Shown: piece by piece, positions 1-14,200 of the stretch
How positions within the stretch are numbered: the stretch's first letter is position 1
How the letters are laid out: every line of letters begins with the position of its first letter
Assembly: GCA_051294905.1 (NCBI GenBank)
Contig: CM119372.1
Location: 10,666,001 to 10,730,000 of the forward strand
Reading direction: 5' to 3'
Length of the DNA: 64,000 nt
Source of the DNA: Botryllus schlosseri
Taxonomy: Eukaryota
Position numbers and translations under genes: made by a program
The notes under the pieces: generated by a model
Databases searched by the model: none
Seen by the model: only the letters and a program-made list of their open reading frames with translations
Told to the model about the DNA's origin: nothing

Positions 1-13
1 CTACATTACCCAG

Positions 14-3000
14 GTTTTGACGTCGCAAAAACTGGCGATGCCAGAATCGGATTTGTTGGATTTCCTTCTGTTGGAAAATCAACCCTGTTGAGTAATCTTG
101 CAGGGGTGTACAGTGAAGTGGGTGCGTATGAATTCACCACTCTAACAACGGTGCCGGGAGTGGTCAGGTATAAAGGTAAGGTGATATTAGATTTCATAAT
201 GTGATTCTAAGAAGCTGCGAAAATCAAATAATGTTTTGCCGACCTAAGAAGCTCTACGGTGAGTACGGAAATTCGAGTCGTGGTTTTGAATCTGTGACTT
301 ACTTGCCATCTGCAGCATCCCTGTATTTTGCATGTGAATTTGATCGCCTAGCGTAGGGATTATAAGTAACTGAATCATTTCCAGGTGCGAAGATACAATT
401 ACTGGACTTGCCGGGTATCATTGAAGGCGCTAAAGATGGAAAAGGTCGAGGAAAGCAAGTTATTGCAGGTAATTTTTCAGTTTACCGCGGCAACATACGG
501 TACGGTGATATTTCTTGGATCCATCTAGAAAAGGAAGTGCTTCACTGATTTGATTTTGGATCATTTATCCATAGACTATATACCTCCAAATTTCACTCAG
601 ACTACTGACTGTGATTCTGATTGAACAGACCCTTTCAACAGCAAAATGTAGCAAATTATGTTACAGTCCAAAACTTCATGATTCCATCGAGATATGTTCC
701 GCGCTAATAGGAGCATGTTGATTGCAGAAAAGTTATTGTTGTCGAATTGTTGTTGTTATTGTTGTCAATTTTCAATTTGCCATACCTGGCTGATCCCGCC
801 TCATAATATATGCATAATCCCATGGCAGAGTCAAATTTGACTGCATGTATGGAACTCCTGACCTTGGCAACGCATGGAACTCAATTTGAGAGTTCCTGTT
901 TGGTTATTATCGTACGTTTCTTGTTGTATTTCCCAGTCGCTCGGACTTGCGGCTTGATCTTCATCGTTTTGGACGTTTTGAAACCGCTTGGAGATAAGAG
1001 ATTGATTGAACACGAGTTGGAAGGTTTCGGTATCCGGCTCAATAAGAATCCTCCAAATATCCATTTCCGGAAGAAGGACAAAGGAGGAATCAACTTGCAA
1101 TGTTTGGTAATGTGACCCGTTTCATGCTATCTTCCGGCGATGCGATGTGTCCGAACTTAACCCGTTTGCTATGATGGAATTATTGTCTATGTTTTCACTT
1201 TTAGCAAATGTAATGCATATATTTGCTTCGTACCTACCTATGAATACTCATCAGATGCTTATCTTTTCTGCCGTCATATCAATTTTTAATCGATCTCTGT
1301 TCCCGCCAACCCCAATGTCATTTTTTGCACAAAGTAGACTGATAATATTGCATGCCTAAATCAGCCGCTTTTGTATTGATCTTTCTAGGTTCCTCAGAGT
1401 GAGCTGGACTCTGCACTCGTAAAAAGCATATTGTCGGAATACAAGATTCACAACGCCGACATTATTCTAAGGGAAGACGCCACTTCCGATGACCTTATCG
1501 ACGTCGTGGAGGGGAATCGTGTTTATATCCCGTGTATATACATATTGAACAAAATAGACCAGGTTTGATTTGTTTATGCTGAGCTGGCGCTTTCAGTTTC
1601 AAGTACCCAAAGAATGTCCAGTATGAGCAATGAGCATTCAGAAATTTTGATTCCAACCAGATTCATCCCTTGTGCCCAGTCGCGTCCTATTACTAAACAT
1701 TTTGTCCATTGTTTACTGTGATGAGTTCGTTCTCAGATCTCCGTCGAGGAACTGGATATTATTTACAAAATACCGCACTGCATACCGATATCCGCTCATC
1801 ACAAGTGGAATTTTGACGACCTCCTCGAAATGATGTGGACTTATCTTCATTTGGTGAGAATGTAAGGAATCTGTTCCAACTGGTTTGAAATGCTTGATTA
1901 GCTGTTTCATTTTTATGCAATATAGTTGCGCAGGGGAAACATATGCTATTTAGGGATCAGTAGTAGAGCTAGTTTTTATTATAATCATATTATTTTCGAC
2001 CTTGACGTATGAAGGCTGAGAAAGATAATTATATTACTTTTAGTGTCATGAGCAAGTTGGTACCAGCTGCTGATCTGCATTTCATTGTTGTGAAACATGT
2101 GTCTTTGTGACATGGGAATGTCAGATGTTACATATCATCGTAACAGCAATGACTGATGTGAACTTCGCCATTAACAAATTCAGTATCATTCTTCTTTTCA
2201 ATATCGAAATAGAATACCACTTACCAGGGTTTTAATGACACGAGTCACGATTTTCTGATGACTCGACTTGACTCGGGTCCTTTTCTCAAAATACGGAAAT
2301 GACTCGACTCGAGTCAATCTGTGCATTGACTGGACTTGGACTCGAGTCATTGCGCATGACTCGAACCAAGTCATATGACTCGAGACTCTGACGACCAGGA
2401 CCGACATTTCATTGTTATTTAAAAGAATAGTAACGTAACCACCCTATCGGTATTTCGTCTATTGGTACTAGTACATGAAAATGCGATCAGAAACTGCTAA
2501 AAGTGAGGAAAATTAGTATCTCATAATGCGAACGATTTGATATCACCAAACACAGTTATAAAAGTGGGTTTAACAAGACTTTACTTAAAACTGAGCAGTC
2601 AAAACAATGACTTGGACTCGGACTCGAGTCAAAATACAATTACTCGGACTTTGATCGATAACTTGGACTCGGACTTGACTCTGCGGCGAATTGAAAATGA
2701 CTCGACTTGACTGGAGTCAAAACTATAAAAATGAGATTGACTTGTGACTCACGGCCTTGTGAATTGGTTACAACCCTGTGGAATCCTCCCTAGGTGTATA
2801 TATAAGACGATGTTGCAACGTGCGCACTGCTCATTTGTAGTTATTTCATGTTTTTCCAAATTGAATTAATGACTATCTGTTTCAAAATCCAGATATACCA
2901 AGCCGAAAGGTCAGCTTCCTGATTACGAAACGCCGATCGTATTATCACGGTCCAGTCGCAGTATTGAGGACCTCTGTGTGAAGATTCACAAGACTCTGGT

Positions 3001-4005
3001 GAAGGAATTTAAATAGTGAGTGCATCAGTATGTCGGCGAATATCTCGTTCTCGCTGTTATGACTGCTGCTCAATCGTTTAGGGTCGGCTTGGCTCCGGGT
3101 ACCACTCGAGTGAATCTAAGAGAATTTTTGAAAATATAATTGAATAGCATTATAACGTCAAATAATATGAAAATAGGGTAAGGCGATGGTTTGCGGAAGT
3201 GATACACGTGACACCAATTCTTGAAAACTGCATTTTCGTAAAGTGAAATCGGAAAATCATAGTTTTCGGTTGCCAAATAAGAATTATTTTTGAATGATTT
3301 TGAACTGGTACGATTGTCTTTTGTCTTTTTTGTTTCATTATTGACATTAGCCCTTTTCCCTACATGGGTTACCACGCCAGACCAGTGATTAGCATTATAG
3401 TTTGGCTGAAGTTTATTCTATTGTAACCAAATACTTGATTTGATTTTGCTTGTCACCGGCTTGATTATAGTAGGCCCGGGGGTACACTCGCCGATGCGAT
3501 TCAAACTTGGCCTACAGATTGTGAGGTATGGCATCTGTCCAGGGATGATTGTGCTTTGTAGTCCTTGTATCGAAATCTGTACTGTATCGCTTCATAATGA
3601 GTGATCGGAAACTTGGCTATACGTTACGACCTCGTGCTGAACTTCAGAATCACTCTGTTGCTTGATGCTGCTCAGTCCTGTTGTGACGACATGAATCGGT
3701 TGGGTTAGAATTCTGGTCAGTTGGAAATGATTTCACGGAAATGATGTCGTGACAATTGAGGGCGCAAAAATGTCGCACTTCTGTGTTATTGCGAATTGTG
3801 ATGCTTTCGCGTGCAACCAGTGTTCATTCGAAATTTCATTCTAGCGCACTCGTCTGGGGCACTTCGGTCAAGCACAACCCGCAAAAAGTCGGAAAAGATC
3901 ACGTGCTGAATGACGAAGACGTTGTGCAGATCCTGAAAAAGTGGGTGGAATTTGTCGTTTTTCTACTTGTTTTTTTACATGAGTGTCTCCTTTTTCAGGG
4001 TCTAG
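14..4005 (+). CDS. DRG1: Developmentally regulated GTP-binding protein 1 (OBG family GTPase with TGS domain); 5' exons lie before the window
   Basis: Exons 14-175, 385-468, 937-1106, 1389-1562, 1737-1861, 2893-3015, 3845-3940, 3999-4005, all GT-AG and phase-consistent. Translation includes [11 protein letters not shown] (G1), YEFTTL (G2), [16 protein letters not shown] (G3), NKID (G4), ISA (G5), IYTKPKG and [37 protein letters not shown] at ~4129. Confidence 0.96.
2225..2778. mobile_element. MITE with CAGGGTT termini and many GACTC/GAGTC subterminal motifs (DRG1 intron)
   Basis: cagggttttaa...tacaaccctg termini; repeated gactcgacttgactcg. Confidence 0.75.
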
Positions 4006-4919
4006 CGCCCGTTACACTTCATCGTTCATGAGCCTGCTTGTTATGCCTTTGCTGAAATTTATCGCCTCACGTTGTGGCGCCGCTTTTGACTTTTATTTGC
4101 CCATGGGCTAACTCGCGTGCCTTTGAGTAATAAAGCTTTCAGATATGTCGTTTCTGTCTGTTCTCGGAGTCCCGGTTTAGGCGTTGTTGAGATTTGTTCG
4201 GTGAATCTGTTGTCGCTTTGTTACAGGCTGGCTCTAGCTCCGTCAGTCTGTGGGAGAAGTCGGTCACAATTTAAATATTGCATTAAACAGTACGTTCATA
4301 TTGTTGAATTTATTCCACTGGAAGCTTTTCGACTGGCTCTCTTCAGCAGTGAACGCCAGTAAATGAGGTTAACCAAGTTTGAAATATAGGAAAAATTTTG
4401 TCGTTGTGACGTAATAATGACAAGTACACAACGACAAAATACGGAGTTGTTGTAAAGGATACGGTGTAAACACTTGGCGCGAATAGTAAACGTTAATAAA
4501 AAATATGGTGTACCGTGAAATTGCCATATTGTGTAGCTTTATTCCCGGAAATTGAAGGCATTACTACGCTTGCCTATACTTCAACATGTATGTTATCCAG
4601 ACAAATGAACTGATATTAATTAAAACTCAAAGTATATGATACTGGGAATTACTCAACTTTCATGAAAATTAAATGTTGATACTCCGTGAAAACTGCCCCA
4701 AAATTTCTCAGGCTATCTTCCTGATTGAAAGATTGAACTACTTCTACTTGACAAATTGAAAATAGCGAAAAGTAAGTAAGTAGATCACAACATATTACGA
4801 AGTAGAAGTATCGAAAATCAGATCTACTTGAGTAATTACCAGAAGTAGAGGAAAACTACTTGAGTACTTCGAAAAAGTAGAAGTAGCCTACCTCGTCACT
4901 GACCACCTCTGGTTATTAC

Positions 4920-5343
4920 TAGGGCAAGGTTTTGCAACTTTTTTTACAGCTTCCTAAATACTCGTAAGATACGTAGAATGTTGTTTTAAGCTATTTGAAG
5001 CAATCTTATAGTGCAACTTTTGTCCATTTTTTTTCATGCAACTTTTTCGATTTTTCATGAAAGTATTTTTGGTTTTGGTGAAATAAACGGCCAAATTCGA
5101 CTGAAATACCGTAAATCAGCACTGAAGTAACGCTCTTAGGGGTATTTCGGGAGCTGAGCCGGAAAGTTGACCTATATTTTAGTCAGTCAATAGAGAACGC
5201 GGATGGAAAACTGCATTTCGGGAGTAGAACTGGGAAGTTGACCTCTTTTTAGTCAACCCAGCAAAATGTGGTCTTTTAGTGCAACTTCTGTCAAAAATAA
5301 ATGCAACTTTCCGCGTATTTAACTGCAACAAAAACTAGCCCTA
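4920..5343. mobile_element. hAT-type MITE
   Basis: TAGGGC...GCCCTA termini, exact 8-bp TSD GTTATTAC (4912-4919, 5344-5351), TGCAAC subterminal repeats. Confidence 0.85.
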
Positions 5344-5635
5344 GTTATTACTCTGTCTATAGTCCTAAGTAGTACATGAAAATGGACTGTTTTTAGCCAA
5401 CAAGACAGGATTTCCGAAAATATTATGCAATCAGCAGTTTTTTAGACAGGTGGTCTATCTTTTGTGATTTGTATAGTGTCCCCCTTTCCGGATCCAAAAA
5501 TATCGTAACCCTTAATTACAAGTAGCGGGAAATTAGATCTACTTGAGTAAGCAACCAAGTAGCGGAAAAATTACTTGAGTACATCAAAAAAGTAGAAGTA
5601 CTTCGTTACCGACCACCTCTGCGTACTTGTGCTTG

Positions 5636-6242
5636 TGAGCTTGTGTTTCGATGTGCAATCGCGTCGCTGAGAAACGATGCGCTGTTGATACTTCTACTTT
5701 CTATATAGGCGCTTCGATAGAAGCGAGCACACATTACCAGCCTTTGCTTGACTCGTGTGCTCACACTTAACCAAAGCGACTATACAAATTACCGACACCT
5801 GCCATCGACTGCGCAACGTCTCTCTGGTGCCTAGCACAACAAGCGAGCTAAGCCAATCGGATAATCCGACATATCCAATGTAGCCTATATAGCTACCTAC
5901 ACGGAAAGCTCTCTATAAGTTGAAGGAGAATGTGCGAAAATTCGTAGGGCCCTAATGCATTCTGTCACCCAGTTCTACCCTTACAAGTTACAAGCCAAGG
6001 AAAGGCTGGTGAAGTGGTGATGTGTGCTCGCTTCTACCGAAGCGCCTACAGCAAGTAACAAGAACACCGCAACGTTTCTCTACGAAGCGATTGCACAGGC
6101 CTAGGCCAAGCGGGTGTTTGATTTCGAAGACTACTTCAAGTCGTTTCGACACCTCACTATCTTTCATGGCATCGCAGTCTCGGGATGTATTGAAATGATA
6201 AATTTTTTAACAATAAATTGAATTGAATTGAAACACAAGCTT
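5636..6242. mobile_element. Long-TIR foldback/MITE interrupted by a LINE tail
   Basis: tgtgcaatcgc...taggcgcttcgatagaagcgagcacacattaccagccttt (5653-5745) is mirrored at ~6001-6097; agcttgtgtttc is mirrored at ~6230-6241 after the LINE fragment. Confidence 0.7.
6098..6230 (+). mobile_element. LINE 3' UTR fragment with (TGAAT)n tail
   Basis: Resembles 30960-31095 (gcctaggc...tttcgacacct...tatctttcat...atcgcagtct...aataaa, then tandem tail). Related minus-strand pieces at ~6900-7605 and ~55700-55785. Confidence 0.75.
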
Positions 6243-6519
6243 ATTACCATCGCCGACGCCAGCTTAGCACTCTCACAGCGCAGTCGCTCCTTTGCACCTG
6301 ACAACAGGTCTCGTTTGACTAGACAGCATTGTTGTGTCACACTGCCAATATCCATAACAATGAAACATTCGAGGCTAATTGTGGGGGTTCCAGGGCCATG
6401 AGCGAAATAAAATTTATATTTTCCTAATCAATACAGCGTCAGCTTTCGATTGATACCCGTTTTATCAAATTTAATGATCGGCAGGCCGGTCAAAAATTAC
6501 CGTCAAATTGCCTTTAGTC

Positions 6520-7988
6520 CAGGGGTGGCCAACCTTTTCGGCCACAGAGCTACACGAGTTTTACGAACCATTGCGCGGGCCATTTGAATGTGGATGACCT
6601 GTTTGTAGTCGTCCAATAGGGGCGAACCGGATTAGGTAACGGTGAAAACATTACTTTTATATAGGCCTACTATACAAAAACATTAGGAATATGTCATTAA
6701 AGCTCAGTGTATAGGCCTACCGATGGGCTCATTTAGCAAGTACTGTATTATTGGGCGACCTGGACATATCAATGTGAAAGATCTCGGCGTCAATCATTAT
6801 ATGCAAATATTTCATCCCCGACGATCTTTCTACGAGTGTAGACACGAATTCTCATGTTGGACGACACGTTCTCCCATAATTGGGAATACAGTGCATAGTT
6901 CGGTTTATTGGCAATTTTTATCAGTTCACTACACTATAAAAATGCGATATAATGAAAAGATAGGAAGGTGTCGAAACGACTTGGAGACAGAGATGAGCGG
7001 ATTTGAAATTTCTATGTCCTAATCCAATCCAAATCCTAACCTTCAAATCCAAATCCAAATCCTAATCCATAACTTTTTCATATTCAAGTCCATGTCCAAT
7101 CCTAATCCGATTCCAACTGGAAATTCAGAAAAAATACTAATTTATGCAATGGAGGGATTGGAAAATTTTCTTTCACAACCAATGATTCACTTGATTCAAG
7201 ATAACTTAGTAACCATAAGCACATTATTAACTGGTCTCACTAAAGTTTGTCGCCATTCGCCACACGACATTTCAATCTCCCAGAAAATAGGAAAATCCAG
7301 TCCAAATCCTAATCCGTTCAGAAAAAAATTTATAATCCAAATCCAATCCAAATCCGACAAAATGTCTCAAATCCTATTTTTTCAAAACCTAATCCTAATC
7401 CATGCTCGTCTCTGCTTGGAGAATACTTTGGAATCAGACACCCACCTTGGCCTAGGCGATGTAAAGAGGAGGCATGTGCAGTGTGCACTGAATGAAAAAT
7501 ATAAAAAGATAGTATAGAAAAAGCAAGCGACAAACTGGGGTGGCATGTCACGGAAGGCGAAATCAACAGGTCAGGTCGTGATCCGGTAACCTTGAGGGCG
7601 GACTCCATTCTATACATTGGGGGTCTTTTAAATTTTCAGGAGGGAGTACCGATACTGAAAGCAAGAAATCGCATGACAATGAATCGCGCGAAGTGCTACG
7701 AAAAATATCTAGTCAAATAAATTTGCAATAAAATATTCTAATTTATGGTCATACACGAAGATCTACAAAAATGTAACTGGCCCCTGATGGCTACGCTAAT
7801 CCGACGGAACTGATATTTCAGTTATCAATATCCTGTATTTCGCGTTCATGCTAATCACATTTTGGTTGGCCTTGCAATTTCACCATAAATTACATGGATA
7901 ATTTATTTTTTGATAATAAAGCTAATTTCGAGAATTACCTCTCGGGCCACTCAAAACCTTCTCGCGGGCCCCGGGTTGGCCGCCCCTG
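6520..7988. mobile_element. hAT (Charlie/Buster-like) MITE with nested LINE 3' UTR and nested MITE
   Basis: CAGGGGTGGCCAACC...GGTTGGCCGCCCCTG termini; same family at 14779-15664, 31433-32039, 62170-63082. Confidence 0.85.
6988..7414. mobile_element. hAT-type MITE with AATCC repeats
   Basis: CAGAGATGAGC...GCTCGTCTCTG, exact TSD CTTGGAGA (6980-6987, 7415-7422); a related copy at 15993-16363. Confidence 0.9.
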
Positions 7989-7996
7989 CTTTATAG

Positions 7997-8365
7997 TAGG
8001 CTTACCATATTTTGGAAATCTAAAAAGAGGACACTTTTTCAGAAAGTTCAGACATGCAAAACCGGAGAAGAATTTTCAAAAACCGGTACATTTTTCCCAC
8101 TTCGTTATCGGTTGACTAAAAAAAAATGGTCATCTTTTCGCTCAGAGCTAAAATCACCGTTTTTCACTCCGAAATACCCGCCGGAGCTTAACTTCTGTGC
8201 TAATTTGCGGCATATCACTCGCAATTTCCTCTAAATCTGACCTAAATTTTCAAAAAAGAGGACAAAATCTCAAAAAAGAGGACAAAAGGGCGTCCTCCGA
8301 GGACACTTTCAAAAAAGTCAAAAAAGAGGACAAATCCTCTTAAAAGAGGACGTATGGTAAGCCTA
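7997..8365. mobile_element. hAT-type MITE with AAAAGAGGAC repeats
   Basis: TIR TAGGCTTACCATA, exact TSD CTTTATAG; second copy at 52396-52753. Confidence 0.9.
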
Positions 8366-11228
8366 CTTTATAGTCAAATGAAAAGTGTAACGTACACCAG
8401 TCGCAGTGAGCCGTGAGATTTGCTTGTGTCCACGCCATACAGGGCACTATGATATGACAACCTTATGAGTATGGCGTTCATGCTCGCTAACGGACATTGT
8501 CGGACAACGGTGGGTGGCAGATCTCTCTAGTGTTTGTATAGCTCACAGAGCATTATGGGTGTAGTGGCCAGTGCGTATATCTTGTGAAATTTGTTTTTGG
8601 CTTCACTTGGATTGATGTTCAGTCGTTTAAAGTATCTCTGCTATAATGTATTTTGACCACCTTGCCGCACCTGGATTCTTCCTCGAGATTCCATGGGTAG
8701 CTACTAGCTACGCCACTGCATATATGGTACAAAACGGAGTTGACGTCCAACTTTGACCACAAAATAGGAAAGGCATATATGGCCTGAATGTACATTGTAC
8801 ATGTACACCATCAATGGTGTTTGGGCACGTTTCGGACAGTAGACTAATTGAATGCACAAAATATATTTTAAAGGGTTCACCAAGCAAACTTCGTTTCCGA
8901 CAGTGGCATGTATAATTTCAAAATTCACATCAAATGCTTAACTTTCTTTGTTATCATGCGATTGACATCTTTTATGATTAATATTGCTGAATGTTGCTCT
9001 CCTGCGTCTCCAATAGCTTCCGTCAAATCAAAGCATAGTAATTCCCAGGAAGTCGTCGCTGTGAATCACTCACTTTCCAAGCTGTTTCGATGTTATGTTT
9101 CATTCATCCATTTGACGCGCATAAAGGTTCGCCAGCGCTTACGTTAGGCACGACTTCGTATATTCGCTGGTTCAACTTTCTTGGTACGTGGTAATAGCAC
9201 CAGTATATTCTAGACAGTTTTATATTATGGCGGCGCCGAGTCACGCTGAGCCTTGTAGTAACTGAAGATAAAGGTAGGCATATGCCTAATCACAGAAACA
9301 ATGTATTGTCAATTGCGTTACGTAGGATGGATTCTGGATTCTGTACGTTTAGCATCAGCAGCTAGCGGTCTATCTTTTCTGTTATCAGCACCTGGTATAC
9401 AAAACCTTTGCAATAACAGACAAACATAATTAGAGGTATTGATCAGGTCTTCACCGAATTGCAATGACGTATCGTACTAGCAGCGGTGACGTCAGTTCTC
9501 GTTTTGATCCTGACTATCTATTTCCTAAATAGCAGTGAGATTGCTTTCAGTGACGCGTCGTAATTATGAAATAGTCGTCCTCCAAGTATAGCAGTTTCTA
9601 TATGTGCGATGAATACGGCAGACTTACATGATGCCATACGGCACTACATTCTTTATCTTGCACTGTATAAATTTAGGACTCAACGTTTTCCGCGATGTCT
9701 GCCTTGCAATCTTAGGCTGCTGATTGTGTGAGTTAAATGATGATAGACCGTCGTAAAGTTTACATCATCAAACTGACGAAATATATCTTATCCATGTTTA
9801 GCTAACGTTGGGCTGAGTGAAACATTTATTGCTTCTCGTTATACAGCGCCATTGCGCTTTGTGTACCATGCGACATTGAATTAGATGGCATATCGTACTC
9901 TTCTTATACGTCGGTTGACTCGCGTGAGTAGAAGTGAAAGTAATATCCATGCCTGTTTACCCTAGTATTCAAGTCGACTAATTTTCATCAGCATTTGAAC
10001 AAGAGCAACGGAAAGAGTCGAACGACATTGGCACTGAGACTGTCCGTGATTCGCTCACAGGGATCATTACTTAATGCGGTATCGGGGCTTGTGCTAGAGC
10101 GGCGTGCGTATAGCGACACGGATCGGTATTTCCTATTACCATAGCAGGACAAAATAGTAAGCAAGACAGAAAAAGTATCTGCAAAAACCAGTACGAATAG
10201 TTTTTGGTCATAAATGTGGCTTCACATATTTCTTAAACTACACGTGTTGTGTATGTGCATTTGTTTGGTCTACCTATAACATATCACCAAATGCTGATCG
10301 AATCAGGTAATATAGCCAACGTCTATGCAAGCTGTGCTAAGTGTATGAACGAATGTCTCGAATATTCCTCAAATTAGTTGACTTACGAAGTCATTACTCG
10401 TTACATCCCCGTGCAGGACAGAGAAGAGAGATGTCCCGAATGTATGGGAGTTGAGATGTGTCATTATCCGTTTTAGGAGTATATTGAGATTCAAACAAAA
10501 ACATGCCCTGCTGCTTTTGGAGCTTGTAAAGCAACATTTCAGTTTGAAGGAGACGGTTGCGGTAAACTCGCCGTATGCAGCTTACTTCCTTCTATAATTC
10601 AGTTGAAATGCGTTGGAGGCTCTAAGACACAGAAGCGCGTGTTATTGTATTATCAAATGCATGTCCCTGACTTTAAGGAAGTAATGCACCACGGTAAGAT
10701 GTGTTGACTTCAAATACTCTTTAGCGGCGCATATAGCTGGCTAGGCTGTAAGTGTAAGTGTAAGTGTTAGTTGAAGAACAGAACAGTACAGAAACAATGT
10801 AGACTTATCTATAGCTTTAGGGGTGATTGCTTGCTGCATCTGAAGCTGCTCTGAGCAAATTTACCACGTTCACCGGTCAGTTCGCGCTATGTTTACTGAT
10901 GGTTACTAGCATTTCGCGTATGTGTACGTAACGCACGTACAGTACACTCGATAGCAAGAGGCTAAATAACGTTCACCAACTGTCTGCAGCTTGGCTAATA
11001 TATTGTTTGTCGAGCTATCTGAAGGTGCGCTGATTGTATATTTATACATTACCACACGATCCACGCACGTCAGTATCTTTCGATTTCACTTTACTAGGGG
11101 GAATATATGTAGGTTGTGCATATTATAGGGTCGTTTGGTGGTAGACTGCTTTGAGAATATTTCCGCATCTACATATGTTATTGGGTTGAGGATCTCGTTA
11201 ACATTATTGTGACTTGTCCATCGTCCAA

Positions 11229-14200
11229 TGGACATGGGGGTGATTACTTCATGAATGTAATCGGTTGCGATTACGATTACGATTACAGCAAAATCAGGAA
11301 GTAGTCGATTACGATTACGATTACATTGGAAAAGTAATCACGATTACTCACGATTACATTTATTTTGCATTTTAGAAGTTATATTGGAAGGCAATATATG
11401 GATTGTGCTGAAAAGGCCTAATGAGATAACAAACCGCCTTTAAAACAGATGCGTAATTTGCTTGTACGTCATAATGTACCAATTGCCCATTTTTATAGAG
11501 GACGATTTATCGCACCCAACCAATTGCATTCTTGCCAGGTCCATGACTGCCGCACCCCAAATACGGTTGGGAGCGAGTTCGGAGGGGACTCAAGAGTATT
11601 TCGTAAACCAACATAAATTATAGAGTATTCTCGAAAGATTTAATTAATTTGAAAATTCTCTCTAGATAATTTATAGTAGGCATGCATTAAAACAAATGGT
11701 TGTTTAAAACACTGTGTGACCCCTCAAAATAGTCGGTTCAACCGTTATAGCACAGATATTTCGTCAAAGGAGCTATATTTACCCTATATTTTCAATTGTC
11801 CATGTCAATCCACATTGGTGAAGTCAAGGCTTGAAAAAAATTACAAAAAACATACAAACATGTTTTAAACAAGGGTATGTTGTAAGCATGCTGGCTTTGA
11901 ATTTATTTTTGTTTTAAATGCAACCCTAAGTTATAGCAATAGGCATTTAGGTTCCAGTCAATACCGAGCCACGACACACCAAAAGACATATGCAATTTCG
12001 ACCAACACGCGACTTCACGAAGTGTGCTACTAAAGAAAGACCTTGGCCGACACTTAGGGTATGTGTCCATTGTCAATAGCCGCGCTGGGTGGGCGTGACT
12101 AATAGTCCAGTCCTTCCAATCCGAACCCACTATGCAAATGCCACCCGGACACCCATAGAGCATTAAAGACATGACAATTTGTGTGTGTGTCTCACGAAAG
12201 TTTTTCTTTTAGTCTGCTACGTTAGGGATACAACAATATCTTTTGATTATATAACATACCGGAAATCACGAATTAACAACATACACCAAAAGTAATTATA
12301 ACAAGATAACAGACGTTATAATTATGAATTACGTGCCCCCAGCTCTACAGGTAAATCTGACCATCGGGGGCAGAGAGAGAGAGAGAGAGAGAGAGGAATA
12401 CAAATTAATAATAATGTAATGCGATTACCAATGTTATTGATGAAAGTCAGTCTTCAACTTGAAATTATCACCATATGGAGGCCAAAGACGAACGTTTGGA
12501 CTGGGGGACGAATAGCTGTTTTGGTCCTGATTCTAGCTAGAACCCACGCTAACATGATATATAAGGCCATGGCTATGGCGACAGGTCCCAATGTTGAGTA
12601 AAAAATTATGAAATAACGATTAGCGCGTGTTTCAAGTAGAGTCATATGAGAATAAGATGAAGAGAACATAAAATTCTGCCTTCAACTTAATACAGATAAT
12701 GTACTGCAAGCTGCCGCTACGAGAAACGGCAAAACGGCTCTGTTGTGATATATATCAGCAACTGTTGATTTTTCTTGCTTCGTTGTGGAAACCGTAATGT
12801 TATATTTGACGAGTACAAAATTTCAAATCTCTGTCCGGTGTACGTACGTACTACATAGGCCTACTGCTCGCCAAGCAGCAACGGCCAAACTGCGTTTGCA
12901 TAACCAAAGATCAATACACAAGTTACTTGGTAAAGTGGTGACTAATTATCCTGCTCCGGGGTACTGGCGTGTGGAACGGGTTGATAACCTGATATACAGC
13001 ACGGCGGGTGTTCTTACAATCGCGCGAATGTACGTGACGTACATCGAATATCTATTTACTGTGGATACTTCTTACGCAATGACTAGCAAAGCTAATAGGC
13101 TGCTTCTGACGTAATAATGAGCAATGGCATTTAAAAATCAGACGTTTATGTTATCATGAACCTGGTATAATACATCTTCCTTGTTCACGAATGTTCAGTT
13201 TATGTCAGGGGTCACCAACACGCGGCCCGCGGGCCGCATGCGGCCCACGAGGTCATATTTTGCGGCCCGCGACTTGATTTGAGATTTTGAAAGAAAGCTA
13301 AGAAAACGATTTTGAAATGCTGAAGTTTACAACAGTTTCAACGTATTGTTGTTGTTGTTGTTGTTTCAAAATAAGCTATTTTCCTGTGCCCAGCATATCA
13401 CTATTCGTCACTAGCTAAAACGGCTTTGGCGATGGAAACAGCATTGCAACGAGGGAGAATAATCAGCTGATATGAATGGGCTGGGCATATTGCCTTAACG
13501 TGCAATGGCCAAACACTGCCAAGACTGAGACGCTTGGAGAACGGCATATAGTGCAGTGGTGTGCACCTCTAGTAGCGTGAAATCATCTGAAAGGGGCGCG
13601 GAGCTGCGATGAATTGAAAATTTTTCCGCGCTCGGCGCGAGTTACATGACATTCATATTTTGTGTGTAACCCGGAATTCTTATTGTAGAATTCTCTCATC
13701 AACAGTCATAACTTTCCATGCCATCAAACTATCCTTTGGGGTTGCTAGCATTCTGGTTGCATTTTGTGATATGACGATACGGGGAGAGCGAAATTTTTCA
13801 ATATCATAAAGAGGGGCGTGTCTAAAAAAGTTTGAGAAACACTGGCGTAGGGCTTCCCCACAAGATCGAGCTTTACGTGGAGGTGGTCTTTCAGCTAGTA
13901 ACGTATCTCGCTAGCCCTAATATCGATTCCTTAGTCGCTGAAAAGCGTTTTCATGTATCGTGCACAGCTCAGAGTTCAAAATAAAATGAAATTGATGATA
14001 AAATTTTTTTGTTGTATTTGTATTCCTTTGATAGAATATTACTTCTTTTGCCTATGTTAGGTAGTACGGCGTTGTACTGACGTAGAGTTTTAAAACGCGG
14101 TTGCCTGGTTTATATCGATATTGAATTCATGCGGCCCGCGGCCGCTACGAAATGTGAAAAGTGGCCCGCGACCCGTTTTGAGTTGGCGACCCCTGGTTTA

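Noticed and set aside
7092..7517. 141-aa ORF (NPNP-rich)
   Set aside because: Lies across an AATCC-repeat MITE and a LINE UTR.
10214..10561. Stop-codon reassignment or selenoprotein as an explanation for in-frame stops
   Set aside because: All three stop types occur, and neighbouring genes use the standard code; decay is the simpler explanation.
12419..12601. Hydrophobic ORF as a GPI tail of the Ly6-like pseudogene
   Set aside because: It lies inside the 11229-14393 insertion, so it is not contiguous with the gene.
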